Shown: piece by piece, positions 18,487 through 28,394 of the stretch
Layout: the number at the start of each line of letters is the position of its first letter
Position numbering within the stretch: the first letter of the stretch is position 1
NCBI GenBank assembly: GCA_015061605.1
Contig: SUWH01000015.1
Location: 2,693 to 66,692 of the forward strand
DNA length: 64,000 bases
Reading direction: 5' to 3'
Source of the DNA: Lentisphaerota bacterium
GTDB lineage: Bacteria > Verrucomicrobiota > Lentisphaeria > Victivallales > Victivallaceae
Made by a program: the position numbers and the translations under genes
Notes under the pieces: model-generated
The model's input: the letters and a program-made list of their open reading frames with translations, nothing else
Databases searched by the model: none
Told to the model about the DNA's origin: nothing

Positions 18487-19338
18487 ATGAAAAATTTTGC
18501 AATTGCAATCATGACAGTTTGTTCATTCTTTTTGACCGCTGCTGAACTCTTTCCTGAAGCATTTCAGCGCATCGGACGGATGAAGAATCCCGCTGAAGCT
18601 GAAAAAGCTTATGCGGAATTGGCAAACACAGCCGGTGAAGCGGTTCAGAAAGATGCCGCATTCCATGCCGCCGCACAAAAGGCGGTCAAAGCTAAAAACT
18701 TTGAAAATGCCGAAACTTACATCGCATCCATTACCGACACCGGGCTCCGGGCTTTTGCAACTATGGAAATGCGCTTTGCCCGCCGTCAGTTCAAACAGCT
18801 GGTTACAGAAAGCAAAGACTTCCAACTGGAACAGTGGCGTAAAGACTTGATCCCGGAAGCAGCTTATATGCGCGCCTACAGTTACGCCTTGATGAAAAAC
18901 CGGACCGCTGCGGAAAAAGATATCAACACCGCTTTCAATTCCATAACCGATCCGGCAGCGAAATACCGGATGGCGCATAAACTTTCCAGTATTTACAGTG
19001 ATTTAATCCATGACGATGCCGCTGAAATCGCTTTGCTTCAGGTCGTACTGCCCAATACCAAATTACCGGCGGTGGAACATTTTTACCGTCAGCGTATAGT
19101 TTGCCGCTATGCTTATTTGCTCGGAAAAACCGGAAAAGTTGATGAGGGCATCAAGTTCATGACAGAATACAAAGGGGATAAAGCTACCAGCCGGATTTTC
19201 AGAATCAAACAGACCCTCGGTGATCTTTATGCCATGAAAGGCGATAAGGCAAGTGCCTTGAAGTTTTATCAGGAAGCGCAGAAAATCTATCCGCCGTGGG
19301 CAAAATCGCTTGAACGGTCGATCAAGGCACTTCAATAA
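18487..19338 (+). CDS. Secreted TPR-like repeat protein (paralog 1)
   Basis: Signal peptide MKNFAIAIMTVCSFFLTAAE. Helical-repeat composition with C-terminal GDLYAMKGDKASALKFYQEAQKIYP (TPR-like). Paralog at 20758. Confidence 0.8.
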   Translation: MKNFAIAIMTVCSFFLTAAELFPEAFQRIGRMKNPAEAEKAYAELANTAGEAVQKDAAFHAAAQKAVKAKNFENAETYIASITDTGLRAFATMEMRFARRQFKQLVTESKDFQLEQWRKDLIPEAAYMRAYSYALMKNRTAAEKDINTAFNSITDPAAKYRMAHKLSSIYSDLIHDDAAEIALLQVVLPNTKLPAVEHFYRQRIVCRYAYLLGKTGKVDEGIKFMTEYKGDKATSRIFRIKQTLGDLYAMKGDKASALKFYQEAQKIYPPWAKSLERSIKALQ

Positions 19339-19380
19339 GAGAGTTCGGCTCAACACATTCAAAACGTGTAAAACAATACG

Positions 19381-20658
19381 ATGAAAAAATCATTTTGGAT
19401 CCTTTTGCTTTGCCTGTCAAGTGCTTTCGTTTTTGGAGATGCCCGTATTATGAACCGCGAAAAACCGGCGTGGATATCCGTTGAATCCAGTTGCAAATCA
19501 CATTTGGTTCGTGTCAATGAACCCTTTGAATTCATCATCAATTCAAACCGGAAACAGAAATTAAAAGTAATAATTTCACAGGATGGCGAAGCTGTCTTAA
19601 AGAATTTGACCGTGACCCCTCCTGCTGCGGTTACCGTTTCTTTGCCGTATCCGGGATTTGTCCGCTGTTCGGTCACTTCAGATGATCCGGCTGTCCCGGA
19701 GGTATTGTGCGGCGTCGGAGTAGATCCGGATCAACTGCGTCCTCTGCTTCCGGAACCGGAAGATTTCGACGAATTCTGGGCCGACACCAAAAAGGAACTG
19801 GCAAAGATCCCGGCGGATTTCAAAATGACCCCAACCGGTTCGGATAAAAAGTTCCGCTACTACCGGATCAGTTGTGCAAATTTGAATGGACAGAGAGCGT
19901 ATGCAATGCTTTCTCTGCCGGTTGACAGTACAAAAAAAATGCCGCTTCTGGTGAGATTTGCCGGAGGAGATGCTTACATAAGTGAAAGTGCGGTTTCCGT
20001 ATCTGAAAAGGAAAATTCCGGTTTTGAATGTGCCAAACTCTGTTTCCAACTTCCGCCGTATCCACCTGTAAAAAAGCAGGCGGATGCCAAAGCAAGACAT
20101 GAAAAATTCATGAAAAAACTCGGTCTTAAAAGATACCCGCATTTCGGGATCGAAGATCGCAATCGCTTCTATGCCCGAAGCGCCGTTGCCGGTGCGAGCA
20201 GACTGCTGGAGGAAGTTTTGAAACAGCCGGGGGTCGATCCGGACCGGGTCGGATATTGCGGTTCCAGTCATGGTGGCGGTCTGGGCTTGTTACTGGCAGC
20301 TTTTTCTGACAAAATCAAGGCGGCATACTGCGGCGTGCCGAACTTTGGCGACCGGGGCGGTTTCCTGACCGGACGGCACACCCCGGATTCCAACTCACCG
20401 GAATATCGCAGCAATTTGGATACCTTGCTTTACTTCGACACATCGTATGCTGCCAGACGCATCAGGATCCCGGTTATGATCAGCGTTGGTTTTACAGATA
20501 TTTACTGTCCTCCTTCAGCGGTCTATACCATTTACAACGAACTTAAAGGACCTAAAATCATTTTCAATAAAATTTTGCACGGGCATGCCGGCGGACCTCC
20601 GGAATGTCAGCCGATGATCGATATATGGCTTTCCAAGCAGCTGTCAGAAGAAAAATAA
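19381..20658 (+). CDS. Acetyl-xylan-esterase (AXE1/CE7-like) alpha/beta hydrolase, secreted
   Basis: PEDFDEFWADTKKEL (AXE1 N-terminal signature), GSSHGG nucleophile elbow, signal peptide. Confidence 0.75.
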   Translation: MKKSFWILLLCLSSAFVFGDARIMNREKPAWISVESSCKSHLVRVNEPFEFIINSNRKQKLKVIISQDGEAVLKNLTVTPPAAVTVSLPYPGFVRCSVTSDDPAVPEVLCGVGVDPDQLRPLLPEPEDFDEFWADTKKELAKIPADFKMTPTGSDKKFRYYRISCANLNGQRAYAMLSLPVDSTKKMPLLVRFAGGDAYISESAVSVSEKENSGFECAKLCFQLPPYPPVKKQADAKARHEKFMKKLGLKRYPHFGIEDRNRFYARSAVAGASRLLEEVLKQPGVDPDRVGYCGSSHGGGLGLLLAAFSDKIKAAYCGVPNFGDRGGFLTGRHTPDSNSPEYRSNLDTLLYFDTSYAARRIRIPVMISVGFTDIYCPPSAVYTIYNELKGPKIIFNKILHGHAGGPPECQPMIDIWLSKQLSEEK

Positions 20659-20676
20659 GGGAATGGGTTTTTTGGC

Positions 20677-20699
20677 ATGGATAAATTGATTTTATCCAT
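20677..20699. promoter_or_regulatory. Second copy of the ATGGATAAA-N5-TTTATCCAT palindrome
   Basis: Identical 23 bp to 18401-18423, in the same position relative to the paralogous TPR gene. Confidence 0.5.
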
Positions 20700-20757
20700 G
20701 TTCAAAGTAACTGTTGTATAGTATACTATCTGCTGTTCAAAACAGAAAGGGAAAAAT

Positions 20758-21609
20758 ATGAAAAAATTTTCAGTTGCAATTGCGGCAGTTTGTTCACTTT
20801 TTCTGACTGCGGCGGAACTCTTTCCTGAAGCATTTCAACGCATCGGACGGATGAAGAATCCCGCTGAAGCGGAAAAGGCTTATGCGGAACTGGCAAAAAC
20901 GGTCAAAAAAGCGGTTCAGAAAGATGCCGCATTCCATGCCGCCGCGCAAAAAGCGGTCAAGGCGAAAAACTTTGAAAATGCCGAAACTTACATCGCATTC
21001 ATTACCGATACCGACCTCCGGGCGTTTGCAGCCATGGAAATGCGATTTGCCCGCCGTCAGTTCAAACAACTGACCATAGAAAGCAAAGACTTCCAACTGG
21101 AACAGTGGCGGGAAGATCTGATCCCGGAAGCAGCTTATATGCGCGCCTACAGTTACGCCTTTATGAAGAACCGGACTGCTGCGGAAAAAGATATCAACAC
21201 CGCGTTCAATTCCATGATCGCTCCGGCGCCCAAATACCGGATGGCGCATAAACTTTCCAATATTTACAGTGAATTCATCCATGATGATGCCGCTGAAATC
21301 GCCTTGCTCCAGGTCGTAATGCCTTATACGCAATATTCGACGGTGGAACATTTTTACCGTCAGCGTATAGTTTGCCGGTATGCTTATTTGCTCGGAAAAA
21401 CCGGAAAAGTTGATGAAGGCATCAAAATCCTGACTGAATACAAGGGAGATAAAGCCACCAGCCGGATTTTCAGAATCAAGCAGACCATTGGTGATCTTTA
21501 TGCCATGAAAGGCGATAAGGCAAGTGCCTTGAAGTTTTATCAGGAAGCGCAGAAAATCTATCCGCCGTGGGCAAAGTCGCTGGAACGTTCAATAAAGGCT
21601 CTTCAGTAA
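20758..21609 (+). CDS. Secreted TPR-like repeat protein (paralog 2)
   Basis: Same length (283 aa) as 18487..19338 and collinear with it; most positions are identical by eye. Confidence 0.8.
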   Translation: MKKFSVAIAAVCSLFLTAAELFPEAFQRIGRMKNPAEAEKAYAELAKTVKKAVQKDAAFHAAAQKAVKAKNFENAETYIAFITDTDLRAFAAMEMRFARRQFKQLTIESKDFQLEQWREDLIPEAAYMRAYSYAFMKNRTAAEKDINTAFNSMIAPAPKYRMAHKLSNIYSEFIHDDAAEIALLQVVMPYTQYSTVEHFYRQRIVCRYAYLLGKTGKVDEGIKILTEYKGDKATSRIFRIKQTIGDLYAMKGDKASALKFYQEAQKIYPPWAKSLERSIKALQ

Positions 21610-21653
21610 CACGATCCTGATCAACAAACCGTAAAATTTAGAGGAACAGTACA

Positions 21654-24098
21654 ATGAAAAAATTATTCGGGGTAATTTTACTTTGTTTGTCAAGTATTTT
21701 GGCATTTGCTGATGCCCGTATCGTTGATAATGGTAAAGCCGTTGCCGAAATCATCCTTGCCCGGACGCAGGACAAAAGCGTGTCAACTGCAGCAGCTGAA
21801 CTTCAAAAGTATATTCAGATGATGACCGGAGCAAAACTCCCCATTCTTTCCGAACCCAGCGGTAAAGCGGTCACCCGGATCTTTGTCGGAGAAAGCCCCG
21901 CAACCGGTAAATTGGGATTTTCGCTCAAAGATGTGAAGCATGACGGATTCCGCATCAGTGTCCGCGGCAACGATATCATCATCGCCGGTAATGACATCAA
22001 CTGGTATGGCAAATACAAGCTGCACCGCGGTGTTCTTGATGGAGTGGAAAAAAAATGGTTCAAATTTACCGGACGCAAATGGCGTTCTCCCATGTTCATG
22101 TACTGTATTGAAGAGATGGTCCGGTCCAAGCCAAAGCTGGAATTTCACCGTCAGGATGGCACAGGAACTCTCTATGGTATCTATCACTTCCTTGAACTTT
22201 TCGGATTCAGATGGTATTTCTCCTTTACCGGTGCCGACCGTGATCTGGGCAAGGTCATCCCGCAGCTCAAAAATATGACACTGAAAGATATGGAAATCAA
22301 AAGGGAACCGCTTTTCGCGCAGCGTATTTTCCCCTACTACACCTCTGACAGTGAAAATTCTCTGTGGGTAAAATCCATGGGAGTCGGTCAGGCGGAACTC
22401 TTTGCGCCCATCCATCTTACCGGACGTATGCTCGATTACCGGGAAGACCCCGAACTTGCCGGAATCGTCGGCGGTAAAGTCGATTGGACCGCGCCGCGTC
22501 TTTCCGGAGAAAAATTCCGCAGTGAATTCATGCACTACCTCGACTGTTTCAACCGCTTCTATCCGGTCCGGTTTGACTTCACCTCCTTCGGTTCTCCGGA
22601 CGGTTGGGGAAATATAGATGACCGGGATGTTGCCCGCTGGGATCGCAAACACCGCGGCGCCTACGGACGCTTCAGCGACTACTACTGGGATTTTCTGCTG
22701 GATATCAGAAAACGCTACAACAGTAAATATCCTTTCGGCTCCTCCCAGCGTAAGCACGTCTACGCCTATACCGGAACCCGCCGCATACCGGAAATTCTGG
22801 AGAAAAAAGGCGCCATGGTTCCGGATGATTTCACTGTATTCTTCTGCTATGCTTCCGACAAGATGCACCTTCCAGGCATGGATTACCGTCCTCAGTTCAG
22901 AGAGTGGCAGGCACGGATAAAATCTCCCCGCCAGCTTATCGCCTACGACTATTACTATGAGCATACCAGATACAAAGGTGAAAGACCTCCGGTCCCCTAT
23001 ATTTTCACCGGACTTCTCAAACAGGAATTTGCAGAACTTTACGGCAAATGCGATGGCTGGCTGCTGGAAGGAATGGTCGCCAACCGCACGAAAAATGGTT
23101 TTGACGGTTTCTACCGTCCTGCTATCAATTCACCCATGTTCTATCTGCGGAACCGTATGAGCTGGGATCGCAACTGTGATCCGGTAAAGGAACTTGAGGA
23201 TATGTGCCGCCGCTACTACGGTCCTGGTGCCAAAGAGATGATGGAACTTTACACCGAAGCCGAAAAGGTTTGGATGCGTCCCGTTGCCCGTGCCGTCACA
23301 ATGAACTCCGGCTACATCAAAAAGGATGACGTTCCCCGATTCTTCGCTCTGCTTGAAAAAGCAAAAGCCAAGGTCGCAAAAGACTCCATTTTCGCCCGCC
23401 GCATCGGCAAACTGGAACAGGAAATGCTGCCTTTGAAGGATGTTTTCAAGCAAATGGAAAGAAAAGGTCCTCTGGTGCGGGCAACGATATTCACTGATGA
23501 TGCTCAGCCCGAAGTGAACGGCGACCTGGAAAAACCCTTCTGGAAGTGGCGTTCCCGCAAGCCGCCCGTACGTCAGGAACTGCGGGATATGCACACAGCA
23601 AAATATCCTGAACATATCGCCACATTCGCCGATTTCCGTTACAAAGGTGATGTCCTCTATATCGCCATCGAGTGTCTGGAACCTAAAATGCAGAATCTCA
23701 AAATCGTTGCCCGGGAAGATGACAGTCAGTCGATCTGGGCCGGTGATATGCTGGAGATCGCTCTTGAGACCGTCAACGGCCGACGGCCGACGATCAATGT
23801 GGACCCTGACGGTCACGTATTCGACCGTGATCCCAATATGCCCGATGCAGCTGATCTGCCCCATTTTTACAAAGTAAAAAAATGTGCCGTCAAAAAGCTG
23901 AAAGACCGCTGGTGCGTCGAGATCGCCATTGATTTCGCTGAACTGGGCTGTACCCGTCCCAACCGCTCCACGCCTTGCGGGGTCCAGATTTCGCGACAAC
24001 GCATGGCTGGAAACAAACCGGAGTTCTACATGCTTTCCCCCACCGGCTCCCGGTTCAGTGATCACTACGAAATGATGGGCAACATATTTGCACAGTAA
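21654..24098 (+). CDS. DUF4838-like secreted glycan-active protein with C-terminal CBM9-like region
   Basis: N-terminus ARIVDNGKAVAEIILA...AAAELQKYIQMMTGAKLPI...IFVGES is characteristic of DUF4838/GH20b-like proteins. 814 aa with a signal peptide. Confidence 0.7.
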   Translation: MKKLFGVILLCLSSILAFADARIVDNGKAVAEIILARTQDKSVSTAAAELQKYIQMMTGAKLPILSEPSGKAVTRIFVGESPATGKLGFSLKDVKHDGFRISVRGNDIIIAGNDINWYGKYKLHRGVLDGVEKKWFKFTGRKWRSPMFMYCIEEMVRSKPKLEFHRQDGTGTLYGIYHFLELFGFRWYFSFTGADRDLGKVIPQLKNMTLKDMEIKREPLFAQRIFPYYTSDSENSLWVKSMGVGQAELFAPIHLTGRMLDYREDPELAGIVGGKVDWTAPRLSGEKFRSEFMHYLDCFNRFYPVRFDFTSFGSPDGWGNIDDRDVARWDRKHRGAYGRFSDYYWDFLLDIRKRYNSKYPFGSSQRKHVYAYTGTRRIPEILEKKGAMVPDDFTVFFCYASDKMHLPGMDYRPQFREWQARIKSPRQLIAYDYYYEHTRYKGERPPVPYIFTGLLKQEFAELYGKCDGWLLEGMVANRTKNGFDGFYRPAINSPMFYLRNRMSWDRNCDPVKELEDMCRRYYGPGAKEMMELYTEAEKVWMRPVARAVTMNSGYIKKDDVPRFFALLEKAKAKVAKDSIFARRIGKLEQEMLPLKDVFKQMERKGPLVRATIFTDDAQPEVNGDLEKPFWKWRSRKPPVRQELRDMHTAKYPEHIATFADFRYKGDVLYIAIECLEPKMQNLKIVAREDDSQSIWAGDMLEIALETVNGRRPTINVDPDGHVFDRDPNMPDAADLPHFYKVKKCAVKKLKDRWCVEIAIDFAELGCTRPNRSTPCGVQISRQRMAGNKPEFYMLSPTGSRFSDHYEMMGNIFAQ

Positions 24099-24123
24099 AC
24101 CGCAGAAAGGAATTTTTATAAAA

Positions 24124-24981
24124 ATGTCCAACCAATCATTGATGGGGTTTTTCGCCCATGCCGACGATATAGAGTTCGCAATCGGCGGAACCTGTCTTAA
24201 ATATGTGGAAAAAGGCTACAAGGTGGATTATATCATGTCCACCAATAACATGTCCGGAGTGTACCATAAAGTCGAAAACGACGGTTCCATTTCCCGGATA
24301 CCCTATTGCCCGCAGAAAATGGAACCCATCCGGAAGCAGGAAGCTGCTGCCGGTGCGGCATGTCTGGGCAGCGTCCCGCTGCATCTGGATTACCCGCAGC
24401 GTCACTACTATGCTGACGGCGAACAGAAAAAGAAGATTTCCATCGGTTACGGGATGCCGGCACCGCAAGGTGTCGATTGTTCTCTGCCTAATATCATGAT
24501 CGCCCATGAATACAAGGAAGAGGTCACCAAAGTAGCGGATCTGATCCTCGAACGGGATCCGGAAGTGATTTTCACTCACAGCTATTTCAGTGACTCTCCG
24601 GAACATTACGCCACGGCACTTCTCGCTGCCAAAGGATACGCTCAGGCCGTAAAACGGGGATATGCCGGTGATCTTTTCTTCATCAATGAGGTTTGCGAGA
24701 GTTCTTTCTTTTTGCGCAATCATATCCAGTGGGATTCATTTATCGACATCAGCGGCTACCGTCAGAAGCAATTTGACTTGATCCGCTGCCACATTTCCAT
24801 GGTTCCGTTTCCGGAACGGATGGATTATCTGGATTATACCCCGATGTGCGGCGTAAAAGATGCGGAAATCTTTTCCCGGTTCCGTTTCGGCTCCGGAAAA
24901 ATACCGAATGCACGTGGTGAACTGTCGCAGGAACTGCTGGATAATTACATTCAGGGACGCTGGTTCGATCCGGGGCTCTGA
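24124..24981 (+). CDS. PIG-L / LmbE-family deacetylase
   Basis: The ATG at 24124 follows AAAGGA. MGFFAHADDIEFAIGGT matches the AHPDDE-type zinc motif. Confidence 0.8.
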   Translation: MSNQSLMGFFAHADDIEFAIGGTCLKYVEKGYKVDYIMSTNNMSGVYHKVENDGSISRIPYCPQKMEPIRKQEAAAGAACLGSVPLHLDYPQRHYYADGEQKKKISIGYGMPAPQGVDCSLPNIMIAHEYKEEVTKVADLILERDPEVIFTHSYFSDSPEHYATALLAAKGYAQAVKRGYAGDLFFINEVCESSFFLRNHIQWDSFIDISGYRQKQFDLIRCHISMVPFPERMDYLDYTPMCGVKDAEIFSRFRFGSGKIPNARGELSQELLDNYIQGRWFDPGL

Positions 24982-25111
24982 ATGTCGCAATAAAGGAGTA
25001 TCAACTGATAAACAAAAACAGTGAACAGAATCGGCTTTGCGTCCGGATCAATTTTTACGGTTGAACGTCTGTTAAAAAAGTTGTTGTTAAGAGTATTATA
25101 AGGAGGAAAAG

Positions 25112-25855
25112 ATGGCTGATTTGGATAAAATCATAAAGAAACGTAATTTTACGCTTATCGAACTTCTGGTTGTAATTGCGATCATTGCCATTCTGGCGGC
25201 AATTCTGCTTCCTGCGCTGCAAAGTGCCCGTGAAAGAGGCAGAACTACACAGTGTCTCAACAATCATAAGACCTTTGGTGCTGCAAATTCCATGTATCAG
25301 CAGGATAACGATGGTTACTTTATGGCGTACTGGACAGGCGACGGAGGCTCTTTCGGCGGACCAACGCATGCAATGGCAAAGTATATCAACATCCCGGAAA
25401 AGCCTGTGAAATTGCCTCTGGGGGCTATATTGAAAGGCGGAACAAGAAGTCCGTATGCCTGTCCATCTTTCCATAAACCGGAAGGAGCATTTTATATGAC
25501 GGTGGGAATCAATACGGCATGGGGGGCCGCACAGGGATTGGAGTACGACAGCTACAAAGAAAAATATGCCAAACTCAAAAGAGGCGCTTACACAAGTTCA
25601 AAATTTATGGTTTTCGGCGATGCCATGAATACAACCAGCTATGATTATGGTGCTGCCGGAGCCACTTACTGGAACAATCTGTCGCTCAATCACAATGGCG
25701 GATGGGTGCTTTGCTATGGAGACGGTCACGCCGGAACGATCAAACGTTGTGAATATATTCAGGATAAGAGTTATATCCAAGCCGCAGGCGAGACCTCTTT
25801 TAAAAATAATGTGATCTTAAAAAATCAAGCCGCCAAAGATATTTTTTTGATTTAA
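25112..25855 (+). CDS. Prepilin-type N-terminal cleavage/methylation-domain, H-X9-DG protein
   Basis: [36 protein letters not shown]; [17 protein letters not shown]; AAGGAGG RBS. Confidence 0.9.
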   Translation: MADLDKIIKKRNFTLIELLVVIAIIAILAAILLPALQSARERGRTTQCLNNHKTFGAANSMYQQDNDGYFMAYWTGDGGSFGGPTHAMAKYINIPEKPVKLPLGAILKGGTRSPYACPSFHKPEGAFYMTVGINTAWGAAQGLEYDSYKEKYAKLKRGAYTSSKFMVFGDAMNTTSYDYGAAGATYWNNLSLNHNGGWVLCYGDGHAGTIKRCEYIQDKSYIQAAGETSFKNNVILKNQAAKDIFLI

Positions 25856-25886
25856 AGATCAATGAATTAATGAAAAGCAAAATATC

Positions 25887-27746
25887 ATGAACGACACCCC
25901 GGTTTTCTCTTTCCCCAATGAATTGATCGCCATTCGCGGTTCAATGCTCTACGATCATTATCTGCGACGGAGTGCTGCCGCAGACAGAAAGCGTGCCCGG
26001 AAACTCGCCGGTATCAAAACTGTGAAAGATGCACAGGCGTATATCGCAGAAATCAAAGACAAACTTCGTCTCTCTTTCGGTGAAATGCCGCCGGTCCAAC
26101 CGATTTTACCCATGGTGACGGGAACTGTTGAAACGGGTAAACTGCGCATTGAAAAAATTGTTTTTCAAAGTCGTCCCGGTTTCTTCGTAACAGCACTTTT
26201 CTATCATGGCAAAAATGTCGCTGCCCCCGTCCCGGGAGTGCTTTTTCTCTGCGGCCACAACACCGAAGGCAAACATCATCCGACTTATCAGCGTATTCCC
26301 CAGAGTCTGGCACTCCGGGGAATGGGCGTTTTAGTGGTCGATCCCTATGGTCAGGGCGAAAGGCAGGAAGGGGAGCTCGAATGTACTGCGGCTCACAATG
26401 CTTTCGGTTTCCGGTTGGGGCTGCTGGGGGAATATTTGGGTGCATGGCGGGTACATGATGCGCTGACAGCTCTGGAATATCTGAAAAGCCGAACGGAAAT
26501 CGATTCCCGTCGCCTTTGTGTCACCGGATGTTCCGGCGGCGGTACTCTCACGGCATTCACCGCCGCTTTTGCCAAAGATCCGCTGATTGCCGCTCCGGTT
26601 TGTTCGATGACCCGTCACCATGCCAATCTGGAAGGGGAGATTTGTGCCGATAACGAACAGAATCCGCCCCGCTTCAGAGAGTTGGGACTGGATGAAAACG
26701 ATCTGCTTATCGCCGGTGCTCCGGCACCCCGGTTTTTCGGAGTACAGGATAATGACTTTTTCAATCCGGAGGCGACCGGTGCCATGTACCGGGAACTGAA
26801 AAAATTCTATTCTGTTTTCGGGAAAGCTGATCAGGTGCGGTTTGCTTTGGGAGAGGGAGCCCATGGATACCCGGTTTACCATCAGCAGAAAGTAGGAGAA
26901 TTTTTCTCCGAAATGACCGGAGCATCTCCCATCGGCAGCGATGATGATATCGAAATTCAGGAACAGGACGCTCTATTCTGTACTCCGGGCGGGCGGGTCT
27001 GGGATTTGGACGGGGCTCTTTCTGCCGGAGAAATACTTCAGCAGTTGTCCGCTCAAAAAATCCGGCCGTCAGTGGAACAGTTCTGCAAAATGATCATACC
27101 GGAAACACCGCGCCGGGAGCCGGAGTTCAGAACGGGATTCAAACAGTATATTGCTCCCCGCAAACTTTACGGCAGCCGTTTCCAGCTGAATACCGGACCG
27201 GGAATCACCATCACGTTAAAAGAGATCGGACCGGCACCGAATACCCGGCTTGTCTGTACAAAAGAAGTGGTGGCGGCAGTAGCACAGGATGACGGCTTGA
27301 CCGAATATCCGGAACTCTGTTCCAATGAGCAGCAGAAAGCTTTCATAATTGAACCCAGAGGAACCGGGGAATCCCGCCCCTGCCGCATGGAAAATGACCT
27401 GAATATCATTTTGCCGGGACTTTACGGTTCATGGGAACTGATGTTCGGCGGCAGTGTCGTCTCTGCCCGGAGCAAAGATATTCTTTCCGCGCTCCTGCTG
27501 TTGAAAAAACACGGAGCCGAAAAGGTCATTCTCAAAGCCTCCGGCATGGCGTGTATCCCTGCCGCGGTTGCCGCATTGTGTGCCCCGCTGGAAGTGGAAA
27601 AAGAGTTTTCCGACATTCCCATAACTATGCAGCGATTCATCGCGGATTGGAGTTTGAAAATACCGCCGTATTTTTATCCGTTCGGTCTTTTGTGCTGCGG
27701 AGATTTGGATCATCTGGGACTTACATCAGAGGTTCGTCCTGATTGA
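25887..27746 (+). CDS. Alpha/beta hydrolase (acetyl-esterase / dienelactone-hydrolase-like)
   Basis: VLFLCGHN...; GCSGGG nucleophile elbow in VTGCSGGGTLTAF. 619 aa with no signal peptide. Confidence 0.7.
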   Translation: MNDTPVFSFPNELIAIRGSMLYDHYLRRSAAADRKRARKLAGIKTVKDAQAYIAEIKDKLRLSFGEMPPVQPILPMVTGTVETGKLRIEKIVFQSRPGFFVTALFYHGKNVAAPVPGVLFLCGHNTEGKHHPTYQRIPQSLALRGMGVLVVDPYGQGERQEGELECTAAHNAFGFRLGLLGEYLGAWRVHDALTALEYLKSRTEIDSRRLCVTGCSGGGTLTAFTAAFAKDPLIAAPVCSMTRHHANLEGEICADNEQNPPRFRELGLDENDLLIAGAPAPRFFGVQDNDFFNPEATGAMYRELKKFYSVFGKADQVRFALGEGAHGYPVYHQQKVGEFFSEMTGASPIGSDDDIEIQEQDALFCTPGGRVWDLDGALSAGEILQQLSAQKIRPSVEQFCKMIIPETPRREPEFRTGFKQYIAPRKLYGSRFQLNTGPGITITLKEIGPAPNTRLVCTKEVVAAVAQDDGLTEYPELCSNEQQKAFIIEPRGTGESRPCRMENDLNIILPGLYGSWELMFGGSVVSARSKDILSALLLLKKHGAEKVILKASGMACIPAAVAALCAPLEVEKEFSDIPITMQRFIADWSLKIPPYFYPFGLLCCGDLDHLGLTSEVRPD

Positions 27747-28185
27747 AATTGAACGCAAGTTCATTTTTTATCATGTTCATGATAAGAGTCGTCTGGGTTC
27801 TGACCACCCCGGGAATGTTTCCCAGACGAATGATAAGATTATTCAATCCGGAAGTATCTTTTACGACCGCACGGATAATGTAACTTGTATTGCCCGCCAC
27901 ATCAAAGACATCCAGCACATCGGGCAATTCTGCCAGCTTGCTGCCGATTTCAATGTGGCCCGCCTTTTCGACGGTGGTAACTGAGATCAGCACATTCATA
28001 TTCAGTCCGATTTTGCCGTGAGCGATCCTGCAGGCATACCCACTGATGACCCCGGTTTCTTCCAATCGTCTCAGGCGTTTCAACGCCGCCGAAGGTACCA
28101 GATTGATACGTTGAGCAAGTTCCTTGTTGCTGATCCGTCCGTTGTTCTGCAGACAGCTTAATATTTTACGGTCAATTTCATCCAT
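27721..28185 (-). CDS. Lrp/AsnC-family transcriptional regulator
   Basis: MDEIDRKILSCLQNNGRISNKELAQRINLVPSAALKRLRRLEETGVI. The ATG at 28185 lies 7 nt after AAAGGAGA; the ORF track starts earlier, at 28236. Confidence 0.9.
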   Translation of the reverse strand: MDEIDRKILSCLQNNGRISNKELAQRINLVPSAALKRLRRLEETGVISGYACRIAHGKIGLNMNVLISVTTVEKAGHIEIGSKLAELPDVLDVFDVAGNTSYIIRAVVKDTSGLNNLIIRLGNIPGVVRTQTTLIMNMIKNELAFNFNQDEPLM

Positions 28186-28394
28186 TTTCATTCTCCTTTC
28201 AATATGTAATATAATCCGGACTCCGGATTTTTGCAATATCTATACAGAATAAAATTCTGATTTTTATGTAATTTTTTCACTTTTTATTCTCTTTTATATC
28301 GCTTTTACAGTTGTTTATTTCAAAAATTTGTTTTTTTGTTGAATATAAATTTCAAGTTGATATATTAACAGAAAAACAAATCGGAGAACTGACT

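Noticed and set aside
21783-24131. 393-aa and 333-aa minus-strand ORFs (21783..22964 and 23130..24131).
   Set aside because: Both are antisense to the DUF4838-like gene 21654..24098, whose N-terminus matches a family pattern I recognise. I treat them as shadow ORFs.
24088-28394. Longer N-terminal extensions offered by the ORF track for several genes: 24088, 28236, 28311, and similarly 2858, 4972, 12229, 31373, 31750, 49897, 58194, 59982 and 61961.
   Set aside because: In each case an internal ATG has a better Shine-Dalgarno sequence and spacing. It also starts a recognisable signal peptide or domain, or gives a 4-nt start/stop overlap with the neighbouring gene. The upstream extensions add unlikely basic or hydrophobic junk, or begin at a non-ATG codon.
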